DNA of 58,104 nucleotides, filler included, from Limisphaerales bacterium (lineage in GTDB: Bacteria; Verrucomicrobiota; Verrucomicrobiia; Limisphaerales; SIBE01): assembly GCA_044225505.1 (NCBI GenBank). It is 4 parts of 4 records of this genome, joined end to end, with 100 filler letters (N's around TTAATTAATTAA, not from the genome) between each part and the next. Parts side by side here need not be neighbours in the genome. Positions count along the whole stretch, not along the records: positions 30,201 to 44,648 come from JBGAIN010000196.1; positions 44,749 to 58,104 come from JBGAIN010000201.1; 2 more parts are not named here. One strand, given 5' to 3'. Every line of letters starts with the position of its first letter. The first letter of the stretch is position 1. Below, in pieces: positions 40,471 through 50,739 of this stretch. The position numbers were made by a program, and so were the translations under genes. The notes below the pieces were generated by a model. The model did no database searches, was not told where the DNA came from, and saw nothing but the letters and a program-made list of their open reading frames with translations.

Positions 40471-41667
40471 ATGCCAAGCACTCTCGTTTCCTCATCGCCA
40501 GGAATGGAATTATCCGTCGCCTTACCCTGTTCCACTCGAACGGCGAGCCGGTTCCTCGTCGTCGGCGCGGTAAGCATTGTTGTGGGGGTGCTTTGGGATA
40601 TCTCCTGGCATCGCACAATTGGTCGAGACACCTTTTGGACACCCGCCCACCTGGCGATTTACTTGGGCGGGTTGCTAGGAGGCCTGGTCGGCGGGTGGCT
40701 GGTGCTTCGAAGCACCTGGACTTCTCTCTCTTCGAGGGAGGCGGCCGGTGTGCGAGTCCTCGGCTTTCGCGGCCCCTTCGGCGCGTGGGTGTGCATCTGG
40801 GGATCTTTGGCAATGTTGATTTCCGCGCCGTTTGATAACTGGTGGCATGACGCCTATGGATTGGACGTCAAGATTCTAAGCCCACCCCACAGCGTTTTGG
40901 CACTCGGCATGTGGGCCGTTGCGCTCGGCGCATTGCTCCTGGTCCTGCGCGAGCAAAACAATGCTTCCCAGCCCGGCGTTTCGGTCGATGGATGGCTTTT
41001 CATTCTGGTGGCGGGGATTCTCCTGGCCATGGGAGCCGTTTTCCTCACGGAGCACAGTTTCCCCAATGACCAGCATTCGGCCACGTTCTATCGCATGTCG
41101 TGCGCGACTTATCCGTTATACCTCCTTGGAATTGCCCGGGCCTCGCGATCGCGCTGGGCCGCGACGTGGATCGCGCTGGTCTACATGACCATCATGGCCG
41201 GGATGGCTTGGCTGCTCCCCTTATTTCCAGGGCAACCGAAGCTCGGCCCTATTTATCACCATGTAGACCATTTTGTGGCGTTGCCTTTCCCCCTTCTCAT
41301 GATCGTGCCCGCATTTGCCATCGATCTTGTCCGGCGCTGGATCGGCCACGGCCGAAGTTGGTGGCGGGACTGGCTAATCGTCTTCGTTGGCGCGGCGGCT
41401 TTCCTGGGACCGTTTCTCCTCACCCAATGGCATTTCTCTCGGTTCATGCTAACCCCAGCCGCCGGGAATTGGTTCTTTGCGGGCGATCGGCACTGGGGCT
41501 ATACCGAGAACCTCGGGGATTGGCGGTTTCAATTCTGGGACGAAACCAATCCCAGACAGCATCCACCTGTCACCTGGGCGGGCATTGGAATCGCCTACGG
41601 CTACGCCGTCGTCTCGGCGCGCCTGGGGCTATGGCTAGGGAATTGGATGTCCAAGGTCCGACGATGA
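40471..41667 (+). CDS. Polytopic membrane protein with two PmoC/AmoC-like metal-binding motifs
   Basis: About 9-10 hydrophobic segments; WDISWHRTIGRDTFWTPAH and FDNWWHDAYGLDVKILSPPH. Confidence 0.85.
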   Translation: MPSTLVSSSPGMELSVALPCSTRTASRFLVVGAVSIVVGVLWDISWHRTIGRDTFWTPAHLAIYLGGLLGGLVGGWLVLRSTWTSLSSREAAGVRVLGFRGPFGAWVCIWGSLAMLISAPFDNWWHDAYGLDVKILSPPHSVLALGMWAVALGALLLVLREQNNASQPGVSVDGWLFILVAGILLAMGAVFLTEHSFPNDQHSATFYRMSCATYPLYLLGIARASRSRWAATWIALVYMTIMAGMAWLLPLFPGQPKLGPIYHHVDHFVALPFPLLMIVPAFAIDLVRRWIGHGRSWWRDWLIVFVGAAAFLGPFLLTQWHFSRFMLTPAAGNWFFAGDRHWGYTENLGDWRFQFWDETNPRQHPPVTWAGIGIAYGYAVVSARLGLWLGNWMSKVRR

Positions 41668-43268
41668 AACCTCTTCGGCCTCGCGGGCAGGGCAGGGGAA
41701 GCCTCGGCCTTATCCTGGCGCTTTGGATCAGCATGGCTTTCCCAGGGGTGCTCCGTGCTCATGTCGGTTCGTCGACCGTCTTCTTCGATGGCCAAATCGG
41801 TCCGTATCAGGCGCGGGTGACGGTCCAGCCTCCGGAGGTTATTCCCGGTTTAGCGACGGTCAACGTGCGCGCCCTCAGTCCTGGTGTTCAGCGCGTGACG
41901 GCTTTGCCCATCCGCTGGAACACCGGCCGCCAGGGCGCACCGCCGCCCGACATCGCGAAGCCGGTCCGAGGAGAGTCCAATCTTTACTCCGCTCAGCTCT
42001 GGTTCATGCAAGGTGGTGCGCAAAGTGTCGAGGTGGAAGTGTTCGGCTCGGAGGGTTCGGGTAAAACCATACTCCCGGTCAACGCCGTCGCCACGCGGGT
42101 TCTTCCGATGCCCAAGCCGCTCGCTTACCTTCTGTTTGGGCTCGGGTCTTGCCTGGTCTTGCTCCTGACGGTCATTGTGGGCGCCGCCGTGCGTGAAGGA
42201 GTCCTCCCGCCGGGCATTCATCCAAGTCGCCGCCGGATTTGGCTGGCCCGCGCAGCGACCGTGACATCGGCCGTGGTCGTGCTTGGGTTAGGCTTTTTGG
42301 GGAAACGTTGGTGGGATCTCGAGGCCGCCGATTATCGTAACAACCGCCTGTTCCGCCCGTTGGAAATGACCGCGAGCGTCGTATCGGCTCCAGAAGGCAG
42401 GACCCTTCGATTGGAAATGACCGATGAGGCCGTCCGACGAGGGGCGCCTCTGGTGCCAGATCACGGCAAGTTGTTGCATTTGTTCGTCATTCGCGAACCG
42501 GACCTCGACGTTTTCGCCCACTTACATCCTCAAAAAAAGGACTGGAAGACCTTCGAAATTCCTTTGCCACCGTGGCCAGCTGGACGGTACACCGCCTATG
42601 GAGATGTCACTTTCGAAACCGGCTTTACCGATACGTTGGTGGCTCGCCTGACGCTCGATGCGCCGAACGACCACGGAATCCCTCCAAAATTGGCCTTGGC
42701 CGATCCAGATGACACTTGGCATCAAGGAGTTCCGTTAGCCAACAGTTCTGTTCGGGTAGGGCAAAGCCACGTTCTCACCGACCGCCCCGGCGGACCGATT
42801 ACCATCGAGTCCGCTCTTGAGGGGGTGGCCGCAGCCACCCGTGACGTTGAACTTCGATTTCGAGTCCACGATGGCCATGGCAAACCCGTTGCCCTGGAAC
42901 CCTACTTGGGAATGAAGGCTCACCTCGTTCTTAGAAAAGACGATGGATCGGTGTTCACTCATCTGCACCCGGGCGGTTCGTATTCCATGGCAGCGCAGGA
43001 GCTTTTTGTGATGCGAGGTGACGGTCGAGCCCCTCTCCGAGTCGCATCGATCACGAACGACCCCATCTGCCGACTGCCCGCTTCTGCGGAACTTGACGCC
43101 CTGGCCCGAGCGGCGTCTCTCGAGGAGACCGGTCAGGGCGGTCTGATCGCATTCCCGTACGCGTTCCCCAAGCCTGGCCGGTACCGTCTTTGGTTTCAGG
43201 TCAAGGTAAGCGGCGAGATTCAGACGGCTGTTTTTGACCTGGACGTGCCCGCTGGCCAAGGCGCTTGA
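41664..43268 (+). CDS. Exported His-rich putative metal-binding protein: predicted mature N-terminal His, beta domain, two TM helices, two HLHP-containing domains
   Basis: ATGA overlap with upstream gene; signal ...FPGVLRA|HVGS; two central hydrophobic helices; DHGKLLHLF..AHLHP and YLGMKAHLV..THLHP. Confidence 0.85.
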   Translation: MKPLRPRGQGRGSLGLILALWISMAFPGVLRAHVGSSTVFFDGQIGPYQARVTVQPPEVIPGLATVNVRALSPGVQRVTALPIRWNTGRQGAPPPDIAKPVRGESNLYSAQLWFMQGGAQSVEVEVFGSEGSGKTILPVNAVATRVLPMPKPLAYLLFGLGSCLVLLLTVIVGAAVREGVLPPGIHPSRRRIWLARAATVTSAVVVLGLGFLGKRWWDLEAADYRNNRLFRPLEMTASVVSAPEGRTLRLEMTDEAVRRGAPLVPDHGKLLHLFVIREPDLDVFAHLHPQKKDWKTFEIPLPPWPAGRYTAYGDVTFETGFTDTLVARLTLDAPNDHGIPPKLALADPDDTWHQGVPLANSSVRVGQSHVLTDRPGGPITIESALEGVAAATRDVELRFRVHDGHGKPVALEPYLGMKAHLVLRKDDGSVFTHLHPGGSYSMAAQELFVMRGDGRAPLRVASITNDPICRLPASAELDALARAASLEETGQGGLIAFPYAFPKPGRYRLWFQVKVSGEIQTAVFDLDVPAGQGA

Positions 43269-43479
43269 GCGACGTTCCGAGCTCTCCTCAGCGTACCGCA
43301 AATGGTTGCTTATCAAAGTGTTGATTGATAATCGCTGCGCCGGCTGAGCACCGCTACGCTCTCCCGCGTCGTCGAATCGACGTGGAAATGCCCGCCCATG
43401 GTATTGTTTAAATATCTTACAGTTAACGCTTTGCCATGAGATCAAGCTGAGCTCGGGGAACGTGCATGTGCGTTCTACC

Positions 43480-43529
43480 CGCACGCTAAGCGCACGCTAA
43501 ACGCACGCTAAACGCACGCCAGCGTGCGT
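43480..43529. repeat. 11-bp tandem repeat (CGCACGCTAAR x3 plus partial) ending in an inverted copy
   Basis: cgcacgctaag cgcacgctaaa cgcacgctaaa cgcacgc-ca-gcgtgcgt. Confidence 0.8.
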
Positions 43530-43981
43530 AAGCCGTGAGATTAGCCTGCGATAGCTGTGGGGCTCGTGCGGTCAGTCCCGAATCCCGTCGCCTTTAGTTG
43601 CGTGCCAACGCCCGACGGACGAACCAAAGTCCTGGCCGCGAAACCTTACGGGAGTTGTTGGATAGCACACTAGGTTTGGGGCCGGTCGGTTCCCAAACCA
43701 AGCGTCCATAGCGCGAATTGTCGCACACTCCGTTCACAATTGTGGACGCAATCCCAAGTCACACCGCCACAACGAGATCGGAAACTCTGCGCATCGGTAA
43801 CTGGATCAGTGCGGATTGTAGTCTTAATCGTAATCCTCCCGCACCTTAGCCCGCTGTGCAATTCCCCCCGACGCATTGCGAGCTATGGAACCATTACATC
43901 CAGCCACAGCTGACGATCACAGCTGCCTGACCTCACTTTGGGTCCCCGCTTTACGACAAGGAACATGTGGGGATGACGATT

Positions 43982-44128
43982 AGCCCCGCGAGGGGCGATC
44001 GATCCTCCGAAAACACGTTGCTTCTAGGATTGGCAGAGGTTCAGCCGTCCCGTCGGGACTTTGACTGTGCGCGCGGCTGCCCGGCACTGGAAGTGCCGGG
44101 CTTATGCCACGACGTCCCTGCCGGGACG
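43982..44128. repeat. REP-like multi-hairpin element
   Basis: Hairpins GCCCC-gcga-GGGGC, GTCCC-gtc-GGGAC (44047-44059), GCCCGGCACT-gga-AGTGCCGGGC (44079-44101), CGTCCC-tgcc-GGGACG (44113-44128). Confidence 0.55.
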
Positions 44129-44375
44129 CCAAACGCCTGTTCCAGAACGAGGGAACAGCTTCTATCCCACCGAAAACAGCGAGAAACCCGTGAGGACGAG
44201 CACAAAGGCTTCGGACGGAATCAATTGCGGTGGAGAGCGGCATGGCTGAGCGCGCCGCGCCGGCGACCAAAGCCGAATGACGTAGGGCAACGGTCGGGTC
44301 AAGGCAGGGACCTACCTTGACGCGAGAGCTCATGCAATTGGCTAATTAGAAACGGCTTGCAGATTAAGTCGGATT

Positions 44376-44391
44376 GGTTAGTATACTAACC
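44376..44391. promoter_or_regulatory. Perfect 16-bp palindrome, candidate operator
   Basis: GGTTAGTATACTAACC in an AT-rich patch, with TATAAT at 44412-44417. Confidence 0.45.
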
Positions 44392-44648
44392 GTTCGGGTT
44401 GGTATCGTTCGTATAATGATGGTTCCTCGGAATTAGCATGGGTTGCAGGCGGTGGAAGCGAGCTGGGAAATAGCTCGCCACCGTGAAGAGAGGAAGTTAC
44501 GCTACTCCGCAGCGCGGACGCGCGGCCGCATACGCTCGCGTAATGCGGACCAGCCGACCGGCTGCGGTGCAATTGAGAAACGAGATCCGATGCAGGGCGC
44601 GAAGTTGTGACGCGGCGGGAACAGGTAAGATTCTGTTCCAGTTGGTCA

Positions 44649-44748
44649 NNNNNNNNNNNNNNNNNNNNNNNNNNNNNNNNNNNNNNNNNNNNTTAATTAA
44701 TTAANNNNNNNNNNNNNNNNNNNNNNNNNNNNNNNNNNNNNNNNNNNN
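44649..44748. other. Artificial contig linker
   Basis: N44-TTAATTAATTAA-N44. Confidence 0.97.
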
Positions 44749-46902
44749 CTCGATCCGACCCAGAGTGGAGTTCTCGTCGGTCATCACGAACGTTAATTGG
44801 GCTGTCGTTCCAATAAACCCATCCAGCTCAATTCTTCCAAAGGCTGACGGCAAAATCTGTAGGCTGGAACGCGCGGCCGCAACGTAGTTGGGGCTATTGA
44901 TCGTCGCAACCACGACGTATTCGCCTGCATCGACCGGTGTGCCTCCACTGAGGCCGTAATCGACCGTCCAAGGAAGGCCGGGAGGTTCCGTGACGGCCGA
45001 AACCGCTTTAGGAGTGCCATCATAGACCTGCGTCAAGTCCATCAGCGCAACCGCAGCCAGAGCCGGACTCACATGGATTACCAGCGGGGTTTCGTTCGAG
45101 CCGGCGCAGTAGTTGGCATCCCCACTGTATTGCGCTGCAATCGTGTGGGCGCCCGCATTGAGGTTCGCGATGGACCCAGTGCTGGCCCGGCCATCTGTCG
45201 TAAGCTCGATGGGCGGACCAAAATCAACCCCATCAATGCGAAACTGAACCCAGCCAGTCGGCATCAATACCGAATTCGACGGGGAGACCTCTGCCGTCAA
45301 AGCGACAGGGCCGCCATAGACAGTTGGCTCAGGTGACGAATGCACCGTCACCGATGGACTGGGTCCGGAAGCGACCTGGAACATACCCGTCCCGGTAAAA
45401 TGTGCATCCGCATGCGCTGCTCCAGAGCTACTACTGCCCCAACTACCTGCAGCTTTCGGAACTTCAGCAATCATCAGGGAATGCACCGGAAAGATTCCCT
45501 GAAAACTCAATTCTGCCACTACGGTCCCGGATACCTGGATTTCACCGGAGACCGCAATCGGACCCGCAAGTATCCTCTTGGTCCCGGTGCCGCTCAGATG
45601 GAGATTTCCATAGCTTATCGCCGAAACGGTTTGATTGGCACCGGCGTAATCGACGGTGCTGTCCGGATCAAGTGCGTAGCCACTGGTGTTTGAGCACTGA
45701 ACCATAGCGGACGTGCCCGAGAGTTTCAGCGCTGCCCCTTCCGCGAGTGTGAACTTCCGGTTGGGAGCTAGAGTGATGCTGTATCCACCATTGTTAAGAG
45801 TTCCACTCGCGACGCGCAGATCTCCAGCGAGTCGTTCGGGAGTCACTGCAGCGCTCAGCGTCGCTCCCGACGCACTCGAGTTGTAAATCGTCACGTGGTT
45901 GTAAGTGACGGCGCTGACTCCTAGAGGGATCAATCGAGACGCCGAGCTGGAGAATTGAAACACGCTCAAGGACCCCGGCAGCAGACTACCCACACTGTTG
46001 TTAATGTTGAACCCCCCGGCAAGGTTCACCGTCGCGGCACCGCCACTCAGGTCCAGGACATCAACTCCCGCGGAGGAATCGGTCGATACAGACTCGAAGA
46101 TGAGACTGCCGTTGATATTCAATACACCACTGGTCAGGACGACCTTTGCGACCCGGCTGCCTTGCGGGCTGTTCGGTGAAGCGCCCAAGACAAGATTCCC
46201 ACCCACCGTGGCAACTCCTCCGTTAATCTTCCAACTGGCCGTAATTGAATTGGCGTTGGGCTGATTCAGCATGACGTCGTGAGTCACGATCAATTGGGTC
46301 GCATCACCCTGAGTTAAGGAATTGGATCTGTCGCTCGTCGTCCAAGTCAGAGAATTTACCGTTACAGCCGGTTGATCCAGCGTAAGGGTAACGGCGTTCC
46401 CCGCGCTGATCCCGATCTGGACATCATCGTCGACATCGGGAACGTGCTCGCGCCCGAAGGCTCCCCCGCTGGACGTCGCCGCATTGCTCTGTAAGGTTAA
46501 ATGACTATCGTCTTCGATCGACGCCACGACGCCTACGACGGTGCCCGAGTTCAGAACCAACACATCCCCGGCTTCGATTTGATTCCGAAAGCTGGTCCCG
46601 GACCCCGTGATCATGCGACTCTTGGTGTTGGGGGCAACGGTTCCAGTACGGCCTTGGATCCACACCGCCGGGTTGCTCCAGGCCACGCTGCCGGCAAGGC
46701 GCGTCCGGGTAACTGCGGCGTGTGTGGCGTTTGGCCAGGCCGCCAGAGCTATTCCCACGGCGAGCAGCAGTGCACCAGGTTCTCCCCAAGCCCCCGCGAT
46801 GAGTCCAGAACGGGCACGTCCAGCATCTTTGCGGTTGTGCCTGAAACAGGCGTTAATGGCAGGGATGAATGACACGCAGACAAGTGGTTTTTCTTTTAAC
46901 AT
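44749..46902 (-). CDS. Large secreted adhesin-like protein with beta-rich passenger region, bacterial Ig-like (group 3) and MBG domains; 3' truncated
   Basis: GGAGGAG RBS; long signal region; YGNLHLSGTGTK; PTGWVQFRIDG...GAHTIAAQYSGDANY; QVYDGTPKAV...AGEYVVVATI. Confidence 0.78.
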
Positions 46903-46980
46903 ATCTCCTCCTTATGTCCCTCCTTTTAGGAACAATCGCAGCTTATCCAGAATCCCGAACTCGCCGTCTACTCAGCTTCC

Positions 46981-47126
46981 GGACATCTATATTCACAATT
47001 CGGACATAGTCCGCTCTCACTCTGCTGCACCCACGCTGAGGACATTGCCAGCGGCTGTGTCCCAAGCTCACTCCGCCATTCTCAATCCAGGCTATCCATG
47101 TCCCAATCATGCATAAAGATGTCCGA
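46981..47126. promoter_or_regulatory. Two oppositely oriented pairs of ATGTCC direct repeats with 21-bp period in a divergent promoter region
   Basis: GGACAT at 46981 and 47002 (facing the minus gene); ATGTCC at 47098 and 47119 (facing the plus gene); extra copies at 46914, 47040 and TGTCCC at 47058. Confidence 0.55.
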
Positions 47127-47378
47127 ATTCTCCATAGCGCCCAAGAGTTCGAACTGAGAAAAGACCTGGCAAGGAGGATGGGTGCTAGCAGTGCTGCTCG
47201 TGTTGAGCAGTTTGGCGCGGACGACAGCTCGCCTGCGAATTACAGCCGAAATTCCCCCGGATCCCGCCGACCAAAGCGACTTTGAGACGCGGCGTCATGG
47301 GGCCGAACCGCCTGTTAGGGATGGAGTCGAGTGCCACGCTCTAGCGACGCCTCTGAATTAGTAAAACTAAGGAGATGT

Positions 47379-48005
47379 ATGGTTAAATTACTCATCGTAT
47401 CAACCTGCTTGTTTACTCAGTTCGCGACCACCGCATTGGGTAGTCTGGAGTGGAACTTCGCCAACGGCCCGGCGGACCTTGTCCCTTCCGGGATCATCAA
47501 TGGTGTCGCTGCCTCGGCCGTCGTCACTCCGGGAGCACTGAGCAGCGGTTGGCAGAATACTTGGGATCTGGGCTCGGATGGTTATTGGGATCTCGGCCAA
47601 GGAGGTCACCTCGTGCTCAACATCTCATCCCTTCCGGCGTCGTCAAGTTTGACCACGTTGACCATTCGGCAGTGGGTCGACTCGCCGTCTTTGATGAGTG
47701 GAGAGCTGACCGTGACCGGCGCCGGACGCATCTTCCCAGAACAGATTCGATACCCGGATCCGTTGTCAAACCCGACAAGTGCCTTCGGAGAATGGCAGAA
47801 CTTCGTCTGGCAGCTGGCACCTCAAAGGGGCCCAAGCGAAATCGTTATTACGGCTCCGGACTCGGGGGCTTTGATCGACCGAATCAGTGCTGGAATCAAT
47901 GTTGCGGTCGTTCCTGAATCATCCACATTTCTGGCTGGCGCGTTATTGCTGCTGCCTCTGGGCCTGAACACGATTCGATTGGTGTTCAGGAAGTTCGTCG
48001 GCTGA
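47379..48005 (+). CDS. PEP-CTERM sorting domain protein
   Basis: AAGGAG RBS; signal peptide; C-terminal VPESSTFLAGALLLLPLGLNTIRLVFRK. Confidence 0.85.
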   Translation: MVKLLIVSTCLFTQFATTALGSLEWNFANGPADLVPSGIINGVAASAVVTPGALSSGWQNTWDLGSDGYWDLGQGGHLVLNISSLPASSSLTTLTIRQWVDSPSLMSGELTVTGAGRIFPEQIRYPDPLSNPTSAFGEWQNFVWQLAPQRGPSEIVITAPDSGALIDRISAGINVAVVPESSTFLAGALLLLPLGLNTIRLVFRKFVG

Positions 48006-49103
48006 TTCTTAAGCGTACGCTTCGTTCAAGACGAAGTCTCTTGTTTGCCTTCAGATCCGCATTCTGGGGGTGCCGGTCGTCGGTGCGGGCTGGCCGTCCC
48101 ACCCGCACTGGCTTCGGTGGCCAACTGTCAATCCGCGGGTCATCTACATGCTGGACTCACTGGAGCGTCTGCTCGTGACGATCCATCGGATAGTGGCGTC
48201 GCGTCTGTTCGACTATTGAAGGTGCCCGCCGCCCGAATTGCTCCAGGCACGCCAACGATTCAAATGTCCTTAGATACCCAGGCGGAAGCGACAGTGAAAG
48301 CGAACGCCACTGAATAGCCGTCGTGATCTCGGCCAACGATTGGCCGGTGCCTCGTTACCCTTTTGACTAAGACGTCCGACCAGCTTTCAGCATCCAAGAG
48401 CCCGTTTGGCCAACCACGCCACCTCCAAGCAAGCTTCATCCTTGACCGTTGGCGTGTGGTAAATTCAGCTGGTCATTAGATTGAGTATCTGTCGGCAGCG
48501 ACCTCCTCCAGTAAACTCACCGGCCGCTGTGCGAGCGGGAACGGCACACCTCGAGACCCTGGCTCAGTAACTCTCTTCCGCCCGGACAGGATCGTGCCGA
48601 ACGGGGACAGTACATCCAGAAGTATCCGTGCGACCGCCAAACCACCAACCACAAGCGCCAAAATTCTTTGCATCAATTAAAACTCTGATTCCCAACGATA
48701 TAACCAGGAATTGGCGTTGCCCATACACCAATTCGGCAGGGAGGCCCCAAAGTTGCTATCGTCCGTTGAGTCGAGTTGGGATCGCAGCTTGGGACATTGG
48801 TTCGGATGATGCAAAGAATTGTGCACAAGGTCCTTTGGGCGAAGAATCTGATGCGACCCGGGCCTTCTTAATGGCATTCCGCAGCCTTGCCATAGAGGGC
48901 ATCGCAAACTTACCAAGTGCACCGGAAGCGGCTGTGGTACCGCCAGTTGCGAACGAGGGTTCACCGGTGGCCATTAGTGTCTTGAACCGCTGCCATGACA
49001 AGCGGCAGGATGACTGGCCTATCGTGGCCGGTTCAGAAGCATCCATTCCGGACCGAGGCTCGAGTAATAGCCTAAGAAAGATGATTGAGTGTTGACGTTG
49101 TAA

Positions 49104-50495
49104 ATGAAAAAGTTAACCCGTTGCCTTTGGCTTCTCAGCTGTCTATGCATCGTGGGCGGCTCTCAGGCCTACCAAGTCACCTTTTTACCTGCGTCGACGG
49201 TTTATTCGTTTAACCCGGCAACGTTGGATGCGAATCTAGGGTTTCCCGCACGCAATCTGGTGGTTGAGGTGTTCGAAGATCAGGCTCTCATTCCGCAGAT
49301 CAAAGCGAATATCACCGGCCATGTGGCGAGCGATGCGGATTCCGGGGCGAGCGCTTGGGATGGTGAGTGGCCGAGTGCACCGAGTGACGGAGAAACGACA
49401 TTCTCGATCCAGATCCAGGGCGTGAGAGGATTTGGGATCGGGTGGAGTAATCTGCAGAGCGATCTGGTGCCTGAGATCTCCATTAATTCGCGGCCCGCGA
49501 TAAAGGTCAAAGAGCTCGGCGTTGTCGGAGCCAATCCGGATGGCAGGTCAGTCTACATGAAGATCGAAGCAGAACCGGGCGAGGCGGATATCCGCAATGT
49601 TCGATTATCGAATATTAGCAGGGTTCGATTTGATCATTTGGTCTTGCAACAGTCAGACGAAAAACCCGTCCGACGCGTCACAGCGCCGCTGTCAATCTCA
49701 GATTCCATCACCCCAACAGTCACGCCGGCGGTTGCATCAACAGGGAATCCTGCGGAGACCGTGTCAGAGAAGGCATTGCCTGTTCCATTGGGACAAAGAA
49801 TCACCGCGGAAGTTACTGCGGAAACGTTGGTCAGACCGGCGCGTGTCGAACTTACGGAATCTTCGCCCACGCCCGCACGACCTGCGGAATCGGTGCCGAA
49901 AGCCTCGGAGCAGATCCAACCCGTGTCAGTGAGAAAATCGGCAGAACTCCCGAGCGCCGAACAGTGGAAAAACGGGGTTTCACTTTTGTCCAAGTCCGGA
50001 CGCAAACACGTTGGAGACCAGATCCAGTTCTTTTTCGTGGATCCCGAGGGAGCCATTGCGGCCACCAAAGTTCAATGGCTAAACCTTTACCTCACCGAGG
50101 GAAAGCCGTTTCGGCTGCATGGCCACGTCTGGTTTAGCGGCCTGCTCGACGCAGCAACGGTCCCTCCGGATCTCCAAGACGGTTTTGCCGTTCTAGTTCG
50201 TGCCTGGGATAGCTCCCAACGCTACTCATTTACTCCCAGTGGCATCCAGATCAAAGGCCGGCAACATCAGTCCCTGGTGGATCTCAACCCGCCCAAAGCG
50301 GTCCCCGTGGGAATGTGGATTCCCTTTTATCTCGATGTGAATTGGGATCGGATCATCTACACCTTCGGCGATCAATTCGGGATTGTGAAAGGTCCGCTGG
50401 ACATGGACGGAGACAACAAAATCGTCCTGGCGCCCGGCACAAAATTGAAGAACATCCGATTGGAAGTGTTTCTGGGCCTGGATTCCGACGAGTGA
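49104..50495 (+). CDS. Hypothetical secreted two-domain protein with Pro/Thr/Ala-rich linker
   Basis: MKKLTRCLWLLSCLCIVGGSQA signal; 463 aa; no family recognised. Confidence 0.7.
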   Translation: MKKLTRCLWLLSCLCIVGGSQAYQVTFLPASTVYSFNPATLDANLGFPARNLVVEVFEDQALIPQIKANITGHVASDADSGASAWDGEWPSAPSDGETTFSIQIQGVRGFGIGWSNLQSDLVPEISINSRPAIKVKELGVVGANPDGRSVYMKIEAEPGEADIRNVRLSNISRVRFDHLVLQQSDEKPVRRVTAPLSISDSITPTVTPAVASTGNPAETVSEKALPVPLGQRITAEVTAETLVRPARVELTESSPTPARPAESVPKASEQIQPVSVRKSAELPSAEQWKNGVSLLSKSGRKHVGDQIQFFFVDPEGAIAATKVQWLNLYLTEGKPFRLHGHVWFSGLLDAATVPPDLQDGFAVLVRAWDSSQRYSFTPSGIQIKGRQHQSLVDLNPPKAVPVGMWIPFYLDVNWDRIIYTFGDQFGIVKGPLDMDGDNKIVLAPGTKLKNIRLEVFLGLDSDE

Positions 50496-50739
50496 TCTGC
50501 GCCAAAGATTTTGCCGACCGAGCTCAAAGCAAACGTTTGGATCGGGTATCCTGGATGAGCTAGTCGATTCGCTCGCTTGCCACGTAAATGGCGGACAGAG
50601 TGCGTCGATCCAAATCGCCGGTGGATGGGAAAAGCGACAATCGCCAGGCTTGAGCGACATGTCTGGCATGCTGCCTCAGGCTCCGTGCGCTAACATCGTC
50701 GAACTGACCCTCGGGTGAACGCGCGCGACCTTCGGGCTA

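Noticed and set aside
41100..41663. ORF-track N-terminal extension giving a 722-aa protein
   Set aside because: Overlaps the membrane protein gene in another frame; the start at 41664 gives an ATGA junction and a signal peptide
40471..43268. Calling the pair bona fide pmoC/pmoB or amoC/amoB (methane or ammonia oxidation)
   Set aside because: Similarity is limited to metal-site motifs and topology; no separate pmoA, lengths differ, and the FMLT/GDW resemblance to PmoA in the C-terminal half is too weak to rely on
43480..43529. CRISPR array
   Set aside because: 11-bp units without spacers; no cas genes in the window
48006..49103. Short ORFs 48045-48317, 48476-48676, 48628-49095
   Set aside because: No recognisable motifs or convincing starts, and they overlap other short ORFs; cannot be supported
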